A stretch of DNA of 49,685 nucleotides, from positions 558,001 to 607,685 of the forward strand of contig JBODTK010000102.1 of assembly GCA_050613775.1 (NCBI GenBank). The letters are read 5' to 3'. Each line of letters opens with the position of its first letter. Within the stretch, counting starts at the first letter, position 1. The position numbers were made by a program, and so were the translations under genes. Below the pieces are notes generated by a model. The model saw nothing but the letters and a program-made list of their open reading frames with translations. It was not told the DNA's origin and did no database searches. This DNA is from Neocallimastix sp. 'constans'. Its lineage: Eukaryota. Of the stretch, positions 39,601 to 49,685 are shown piece after piece.

Positions 39601-42600
39601 TCTATATAATTGCTAAAGTATTTTATTAATAGTTGTTTAAATATTTTATTAATATTTTTTAAATAAATAAATCTATATAATTGTTAAAGTATTTTATTAA
39701 TATTTTTTTTTTAAATAAATAAATCTATATAATTGTTAAAGTATTTTATTAATATTTTTTTTAAATAAATAAATCTATATAATTGCTAAAATATTTTATT
39801 AATAGTTGTTTAAATATTTTATTAATATTTTTTAAATAAATAAATCTATATAATTGCTAAAATATTTTATTAATAGTTGTTTAAATATTTTATTAATATT
39901 TTTTAAATAAATAAATCTATATAATTGTTAAAGTATTTTATTAATATTTTTTTTTAAATAAATAAATCTATATAATTGTTAAAGTATTTTATTAATATTT
40001 ATTTTTTAAATAAATAAATCTATATAATTGTTAAAGTATTTTAATAATATTTTTTTTAAATAAATAAATCTATATAATTGCTAAAATATTTTATTAATAG
40101 TTGTTTAAATATTTTATTAATATTTTTTAAATAAATAAATCTATATAATTGCTAAAATATTTTATTAATATTTTTTTTAAATAAATAAATTTATATAATT
40201 GTTAAAGTATTTTATTAATATTTTTTTTAAATAAATAAATCTATATAATTGTTAAAGTATTTTATTAATATTTTTTTTTAAATAAATAAATCTATATAAT
40301 TGTTAAAGTATTTTATTAATATTTTTTTTAAATAAATAAATCTATATAATTGTTAAAGTATTTTATTAATATTTTTTTTAAATTAATAAATCTATATAAT
40401 TGCTAAAGTATTTTATTAATAGTTGTTTAAATATTTTATTAATATTTTTTAAATAAATAAATCTATATAATTGTTAAAGTATTTTATTAATATTTTTTTT
40501 TAAATAAATAAATCTATATAATTGTTAAAGTATTTTATTAATATTTTTTTTTAAATAAATAAATCTATATAATTGTTAAAGTATTTTATTAATATTTTTT
40601 TTTAAATAAATAAATCTATATAATTGTTAAAGTATTTTATTAATATTTTTTTTTAAATAAATAAATCTATATAATTGTTAAAGTATTTTATTAATATTTT
40701 TTTTAAATAAATAAATCTATATAATTGCTAAAGTATTTTATTAATAGTTGTTTAAATATTTTATTAATATTTTTTAAATAAATAAATCTATATAATTGTT
40801 AAAGTATTTTATTAATATTTTTTTTTAAATAAATAAATCTATATAATTGTTAAAGTATTTTATTAATATTTTTTTTTAAATAAATAAATCTATATAATTG
40901 TTAAAGTATTTTATTAATATTTTTTTTTAAATAAATAAATCTATATAATTGTTAAAGTATTTTATTAATATTTTTTTTAAATTAATAAATCTATATAATT
41001 GCTAAAGTATTTTATTAATAGTTGTTTAAATATTTTATTAATATTTTTTAAATAAATAAATCTATATAATTGTTAAAGTATTTTATTAATATTTTTTTTT
41101 AAATAAATAAATCTATATAATTGTTAAAGTATTTTATTAATATTTTTTTTTAAATAAATAAATCTATATAATTGTTAAAGTATTTTATTAATATTTTTTT
41201 TTAAATAAATAAATCTATATAATTGTTAAAGTATTTTATTAATATTTTTTTTTAAATAAATAAATCTATATAATTGTTAAAGTATTTTATTAATATTTTT
41301 TTTTTAAATAAATAAATCTATATAATTGTTAAAGTATTTTATTAATATTTTTTTTAAATAAATAAATCTATATAATTGCTAAAATATTTTATTAATAGTT
41401 GTTTAAATATTTTATTAATATTTTTTAAATAAATAAATCTATATAATTGCTAAAATATTTTATTAATAGTTGTTTAAATATTTTATTAATATTTTTTAAA
41501 TAAATAAATCTATATAATTGTTAAAGTATTTTATTAATATTTTTTTTTAAATAAATAAATCTATATAATTGTTAAAGTATTTTATTAATATTTTTTTTTA
41601 AATAAATAAATCTATATAATTGTTAAAGTATTTTATTAATATTTTTTTTTAAATAAATAAATCTATATAATTGTTAAAGTATTTTATTAATATTTTTTTT
41701 AAATAAATAAATCTATATAATTGCTAAAGTATTTTATTAATATTTTTTTTAAATAAATAAATCTATATAATTGTTAAAGTATTTTATTAATATTTTTTTT
41801 TAAATAAATAAACTATATAATTGTTAAAGTATTTTATTAATATTTTTTTTAAATAAATAAATCTATATAATTGCTAAAATATTTTATTAATAGTTGTTTA
41901 AATATTTTATTAATATTTTTTAAATAAATAAATCTATATAATTGCTAAAGTATTTTATTAATAGTTGTTTAAATATTTTATTAATATTTTTTAAATAAAT
42001 AAATCTATATAATTGTTAAAGTATTTTATTAATATTTTTTTTTTAAATAAATAAATCTATATAATTGTTAAAGTATTTTATTAATATTTTTTTTAAATAA
42101 ATAAATCTATATAATTGCTAAAATATTTTATTAATAGTTGTTTAAATATTTTATTAATATTTTTTAAATAAATAAATCTATATAATTGCTAAAATATTTT
42201 ATTAATAGTTGTTTAAATATTTTATTAATATTTTTTAAATAAATAAATCTATATAATTGTTAAAGTATTTTATTAATATTTTTTTTTAAATAAATAAATC
42301 TATATAATTGTTAAAGTATTTTATTAATATTTATTTTTTAAATAAATAAATCTATATAATTGTTAAAGTATTTTAATAATATTTTTTTTAAATAAATAAA
42401 TCTATATAATTGTTAAAATATTTTATTAATATTTTTTTTAAATAAATAAATTTATATAATTGTTAAAGTATTTTATTAATATTTTTTTTAAATAAATAAA
42501 TCTATATAATTGTTAAAGTATTTTATTAATATTTTTTTTAAATAAATAAATCTATATAATTGTTAAAGTATTTTATTAATATTTTTTTTTAAATAAATAA

Positions 42601-45600
42601 ATCTATATAATTGTTAAAGTATTTTATTAATATTTTTTTTTAAATAAATAAATCTATATAATTGTTAAAGTATTTTATTAATATTTATTTTTTAAATAAA
42701 TAAATCTATATAATTGTTAAAGTATTTTAATAATATTTTTTTTAAATAAATAAATCTATATAATTGCTAAAATATTTTATTAATAGTTGTTTAAATATTT
42801 TATTAATATTTTTTAAATAAATAAATCTATATAATTGCTAAAATATTTTATTAATATTTTTTTTAAATAAATAAATTTATATAATTGTTAAAGTATTTTA
42901 TTAATATTTTTTAAATAAATAAATCTATATAATTGTTAAAGTATTTTATTAATATTTTTTTTTAAATAAATAAATCTATATAATTGTTAAAGTATTTTAT
43001 TAATATTTTTTTTAAATAAATAAATCTATATAATTGCTAAAATATTTTTTTAATAGTTGTTTAAATATTTTATTAATATTTTTTAAATAAATAAATCTAT
43101 ATAATTGCTAAAATATTTTATTAATAGTTGTTTAAATATTTTATTAATATTTTTTAAATAAATAAATCTATATAATTGTTAAAGTATTTTATTAATATTT
43201 TTTTTTAAATAAATAAATCTATATAATTGTTAAAGTATTTTATTAATATTTTTTTAAATAAATAAATCTATATAATTGCTAAAGTATTTTATTAATATTT
43301 TTTTTAAATAAATAAATCTATATAATTGCTAAAGTATTTTATTAATAGTTGTTTAAATATTTTATTAATATTTTTTAAATAAATAAATCTATATAATTGT
43401 TAAAGTATTTTATTAATATTTTTTTTTAAATAAATAAATCTATATAATTGTTAAAGTATTTTATTAATATTTTTTTTTTAAATAAATAAATCTATATAAT
43501 TGTTAAAGTATTTTAATAATATTTTTTTTAAATAAATAAATCTATATAATTGCTAAAATATTTTATTAATAGTTGTTTAAATATTTTATTAATATTTTTT
43601 AAATAAATAAATCTATATAATTGCTAAAGTATTTTATTAATATTTTTTTTAAATAAATAAATTTATATAATTGTTAAAGTATTTTATTAATATTTTTTTT
43701 AAATAAATAAATCTATATAATTGTTAAAGTATTTTATTAATATTTTTTTTTAAATAAATAAATCTATATAATTGTTAAAGTATTTTATTAATATTTTTTT
43801 TTAAATAAATAAATCTATATAATTGTTAAAGTATTTTATTAATATTTTTTTTTAAATTAATAAATCTATATAATTGCTAAAGTATTTTATTAATAGTTGT
43901 TTAAATATTTTATTAATATTTTTTAAATAAATAAATCTATATAATTGTTAAAGTATTTTATTAATATTTTTTTTTAAATAAATAAATCTATATAATTGTT
44001 AAAGTATTTTATTAATATTTTTTTTTAAATAAATAAATCTATATAATTGTTAAAGTATTTTATTAATATTTTTTTTTAAATAAATAAATCTATATAATTG
44101 TTAAAGTATTTTATTAATATTTTTTTTAAATAAATAAATCCATATAATTGTTAAAGTATTTTATTAATATTTTTTTTTAAATAAATAAATCTATATAATT
44201 GTTAAAGTATTTTATTAATATTTTTTTTTAAATAAATAAATCTATATAATTGTTAAAGTATTTTATTAATATTTTTTTTAAATAAATAAATCTATATAAT
44301 TGCTAAAATATTTTATTAATAGTTGTTTAAATATTTTATTAATATTTTTTAAATAAATAAATCTATATAATTGCTAAAGTATTTTATTAATAGTTGTTTA
44401 AATATTTTATTAATATTTTTTAAATAAATAAATCTATATAATTGTTAAAGTATTTTATTAATATTTTTTTTTTAAATAAATAAATCTATATAATTGTTAA
44501 AGTATTTTATTAATATTTTTTTTAAATAAATAAATCTATATAATTGCTAAAATATTTTATTAATAGTTGTTTAAATATTTTATTAATATTTTTTAAATAA
44601 ATAAATCTATATAATTGCTAAAATATTTTATTAATAGTTGTTTAAATATTTTATTAATATTTTTTAAATAAATAAATCTATATAATTGTTAAAGTATTTT
44701 ATTAATATTTTTTTTTAAATAAATAAATCTATATAATTGTTAAAGTATTTTATTAATATTTATTTTTTAAATAAATAAATCTATATAATTGTTAAAGTAT
44801 TTTAATAATATTTTTTTTAAATAAATAAATCTATATAATTGCTAAAATATTTTATTAATAGTTGTTTAAATATTTTATTAATATTTTTTAAATAAATAAA
44901 TCTATATAATTGCTAAAATATTTTATTAATATTTTTTTTAAATAAATAAATTTATATAATTGTTAAAGTATTTTATTAATATTTTTTAAATAAATAAATC
45001 TATATAATTGTTAAAGTATTTTATTAATATTTTTTTTTAAATAAATAAATCTATATAATTGTTAAAGTATTTTATTAATATTTTTTTTAAATAAATAAAT
45101 CTATATAATTGCTAAAATATTTTTTTAATAGTTGTTTAAATATTTTATTAATATTTTTTAAATAAATAAATCTATATAATTGCTAAAATATTTTATTAAT
45201 AGTTGTTTAAATATTTTATTAATATTTTTTAAATAAATAAATCTATATAATTGTTAAAGTATTTTATTAATATTTTTTTTTAAATAAATAAATCTATATA
45301 ATTGTTAAAGTATTTTATTAATATTTTTTTAAATAAATAAATCTATATAATTGCTAAAGTATTTTATTAATATTTTTTTTAAATAAATAAATCTATATAA
45401 TTGCTAAAGTATTTTATTAATAGTTGTTTAAATATTTTATTAATATTTTTTAAATAAATAAATCTATATAATTGTTAAAGTATTTTATTAATATTTTTTT
45501 TTAAATAAATAAATCTATATAATTGTTAAAGTATTTTATTAATATTTTTTTTTTAAATAAATAAATCTATATAATTGTTAAAGTATTTTAATAATATTTT

Positions 45601-48600
45601 TTTTAAATAAATAAATCTATATAATTGCTAAAATATTTTATTAATAGTTGTTTAAATATTTTATTAATATTTTTTAAATAAATAAATCTATATAATTGCT
45701 AAAGTATTTTATTAATATTTTTTTTAAATAAATAAATTTATATAATTGTTAAAGTATTTTATTAATATTTTTTTTAAATAAATAAATCTATATAATTGTT
45801 AAAGTATTTTATTAATATTTTTTTTTAAATAAATAAATCTATATAATTGTTAAAGTATTTTATTAATATTTTTTTTTAAATAAATAAATCTATATAATTG
45901 TTAAAGTATTTTATTAATATTTTTTTTAAATTAATAAATCTATATAATTGCTAAAGTATTTTATTAATAGTTGTTTAAATATTTTATTAATATTTTTTAA
46001 ATAAATAAATCTATATAATTGTTAAAGTATTTTATTAATATTTTTTTTTAAATAAATAAATCTATATAATTGTTAAAGTATTTTATTAATATTTTTTTTT
46101 AAATAAATAAATCTATATAATTGTTAAAGTATTTTATTAATATTTTTTTTTAAATAAATAAATCTATATAATTGTTAAAGTATTTTATTAATATTTTTTT
46201 TAAATAAATAAATCCATATAATTGTTAAAGTATTTTATTAATATTTTTTTTTAAATAAATAAATCTATATAATTGTTAAAGTATTTTATTAATATTTTTT
46301 TTTAAATAATTAAATCTATATAATTGTTAAAGTATTTTATTAATATTTTTTTTAAATAAATAAATCTATATAATTGCTAAAATATTTTATTAATAGTTGT
46401 TTAAATATTTTATTAATATTTTTTAAATAAATAAATCTATATAATTGCTAAAGTATTTTATTAATAGTTGTTTAAATATTTTATTAATATTTTTTAAATA
46501 AATAAATCTATATAATTGTTAAAGTATTTTATTAATATTTTTTTTTTAAATAAATAAATCTATATAATTGTTAAAGTATTTTATTAATATTTTTTTTAAA
46601 TAAATAAATCTATATAATTGCTAAAATATTTTATTAATAGTTGTTTAAATATTTTATTAATATTTTTTAAATAAATAAATCTATATAATTGCTAAAATAT
46701 TTTATTAATAGTTGTTTAAATATTTTATTAATATTTTTTAAATAAATAAATCTATATAATTGTTAAAGTATTTTATTAATATTTTTTTTTAAATAAATAA
46801 ATCTATATAATTGTTAAAGTATTTTATTAATATTTATTTTTTAAATAAATAAATCTATATAATTGTTAAAGTATTTTAATAATATTTTTTTTAAATAAAT
46901 AAATCTATATAATTGCTAAAATATTTTATTAATAGTTGTTTAAATATTTTATTAATATTTTTTAAATAAATAAATCTATATAATTGCTAAAATATTTTAT
47001 TAATATTTTTTTTAAATAAATAAATTTATATAATTGTTAAAGTATTTTATTAATATTTTTTTTAAATAAATAAATCTATATAATTGTTAAAGTATTTTAT
47101 TAATATTTTTTTTTAAATAAATAAATCTATATAATTGTTAAAGTATTTTATTAATATTTTTTTTAAATAAATAAATCTATATAATTGTTAAAGTATTTTA
47201 TTAATATTTTTTTAAATTAATAAATCTATATAATTGCTAAAGTATTTTATTAATAGTTGTTTAAATATTTTATTAATATTTTTTAAATAAATAAATCTAT
47301 ATAATTGTTAAAGTATTTTATTAATATTTTTTTTTAAATAAATAAATCTATATAATTGTTAAAGTATTTTATTAATATTTTTTTTTAAATAAATAAATCT
47401 ATATAATTGTTAAAGTATTTTATTAATATTTTTTTTTAAATAAATAAATCTATATAATTGTTAAAGTATTTTATTAATATTTTTTTTTAAATAAATAAAT
47501 CTATATAATTGTTAAAGTATTTTATTAATATTTTTTTTAAATAAATAAATCTATATAATTGCTAAAGTATTTTATTAATATTTTTTTTAAATAAATAAAT
47601 CTATATAATTGTTAAAGTATTTTATTAATATTTTTTTTTAAATAATTAAATCTATATAATTGTTAAAGTATTTTATTAATATTTTTTTTAAATAAATAAA
47701 TCTATATAATTGCTAAAATATTTTATTAATAGTTCTTTAAATATTTTATTAATATTTTTTAAATAAATAAATCTATATAATTGCTAAAGTATTTTATTAA
47801 TAGTTGTTTAAATATTTTATTAATATTTTTTAAATAAATAAATCTATATAATTGTTAAAGTATTTTATTAATATTTTTTTTTTAAATAAATAAATCTATA
47901 TAATTGTTAAAGTATTTTATTAATATTTTTTTTAAATAAATAAATCTATATAATTGCTAAAATATTTTATTAATAGTTGTTTAAATATTTTATTAATATT
48001 TTTTAAATAAATAAATCTATATAATTGCTAAAATATTTTATTAATAGTTGTTTAAATATTTTATTAATATTTTTTAAATAAATAAATCTATATAATTGTT
48101 AAAGTATTTTATTAATATTTTTTTTTAAATAAATAAATCTATATAATTGTTAAAGTATTTTATTAATATTTATTTTTTAAATAAATAAATCTATATAATT
48201 GTTAAAGTATTTTAATAATATTTTTTTTAAATAAATAAATCTATATAATTGTTAAAATATTTTATTAATATTTTTTTTAAATAAATAAATTTATATAATT
48301 GTTAAAGTATTTTATTAATATTTTTTTTAAATAAATAAATCTATATAATTGTTAAAGTATTTTATTAATATTTTTTTTAAATAAATAAATCTATATAATT
48401 GTTAAAGTATTTTATTAATATTTTTTTTTAAATAAATAAATCTATATAATTGTTAAAATATTTTATTAATATTTTTTTTTAAATAAATAAATCTATATAA
48501 TTGTTAAAGTATTTTATTAATATTTTTTTTAAATTAATAAATCTATATAATTGCTAAAGTATTTTATTAATAGTTTTTAAATATTTTATTAATATTTTTT

Positions 48601-49685
48601 AAATAAATAAATCTATATAATTGTTAAAGTATTTTATTAATATTTTTTTTTAAATAAATAAATCTATATAATTGTTAAAGTATTTTATTAATATTTTTTT
48701 TAAATAAATAAATCTATATAATTGTTAAAGTATTTTATTAATATTTTTTTTAAATAAATAAATCTATATAATTGCTAAAATATTTTATTAATAGTTGTTT
48801 AAATATTTTATTAATATTTTTTAAATAAATAAATCTATATAATTGTTAAAGTATTTTATTAATATTTTTTTTTAAATAAAAAATCTATATAATTGTTAAA
48901 GTATTTTATTAATATTTTTTTTAAATAAATAAATCTATATAATTGTTAAAGTATTTTATTAATATTTTTTTTTAAATAAATAAATCTATATAATTGTTAA
49001 AGTATTTTATTAATATTTTTTTTAAATAAATAAATCTATATAATTGCTAAAATATTTTATTAATAGTTGTTTAAATATTTTATTAATATTTTTTAAATAA
49101 ATAAATCTATATAATTGCTAAAGTATTTTATTAATAGTTGTTTAAATATTTTATTTTTATTTTTTAAATAAATAAATCTATATAATTGTTAAAGTATTTT
49201 ATTAATATTTTTTTTTAAATAAATAAATCTATATAATTGTTAAAGTATTTTATTAATATTTTTTTTTTAAATAAATAAATCTATATAATTGTTAAAGTAT
49301 TTTATTAATATTTTTTTTAAATAAATAAATCTATATAATTGCTAAAATATTTTATTAATAGTTGTTTAAATATTTTATTAATATTTTTTAAATAAATAAA
49401 TCTATATAATTGCTAAAATATTTTATTAATAGTTGTTTAAATATTTTATTAATATTTTTTAAATAAATAAATCTATATAATTGTTAAAGTATTTTATTAA
49501 TATTTTTTTTTAAATAAATAAATCTATATAATTGTTAAAGTATTTTATTAATATTTTTTTTTAAATAAATAAATCTATATAATTGCTAAAGTATTTTATT
49601 AATATTTTTTTTAAATAAATAAATCTATATAATTGCTAAAGTATTTTATTAATAGTTGTTTAAATATTTTATTAATATTTTTTAA
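15666..49685. repeat. AT-rich tandem satellite array (50/51-bp and 71-bp monomers, roughly 600 units, runs off window end)
   Basis: Short monomer AAATAAATAAATCTATATAATTG(T/C)TAAA(G/A)TATTTTATTAATA-T8/9. The long monomer has GTTGTTTAAATATTTTATTAATA-T6 in place of the T8/9 tract (71 bp, e.g. C19266 to C19337). About 6-8% GC, no ORFs. Copy number is estimated from length. Confidence 0.99.

Noticed and set aside
15666..49685. CRISPR-like repeat-spacer array
   Set aside because: There are no unique spacers; the only insert is one invariant segment that duplicates part of the monomer. No cas genes, and the context is eukaryotic.

Overview
Extremely AT-rich eukaryotic DNA, most consistent with an anaerobic gut fungus (Neocallimastigomycota); this is inferred from base composition and transposon types, not proven. 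The window has three zones. (1) About 0.5-8.7 kb is a graveyard of frameshifted, internally deleted Ty3/gypsy LTR-retrotransposon fragments (gag, protease, RT, RNase H, integrase, chromodomain) on both strands, including two diverged copies of the same gag in opposite orientation. About 9-12 kb is uninterpretable AT-rich DNA. (2) About 12.3-15.6 kb holds an apparently intact Mutator/MULE DNA transposon: a candidate left TIR at ~12294, a GC-richer non-coding island, and a 473-aa FLYWCH-like zinc finger + DDE transposase. (3) From 15666 to the window end (>34 kb) runs a very homogeneous satellite of 50/51-bp and 71-bp monomers with higher-order structure. Its diverged ancestral copies are visible in the transposase's 3' flank. 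No right TIR is visible, so the satellite may have arisen inside, and may still lie within, the MULE. No ordinary host genes, rRNAs or CRISPR arrays were found.
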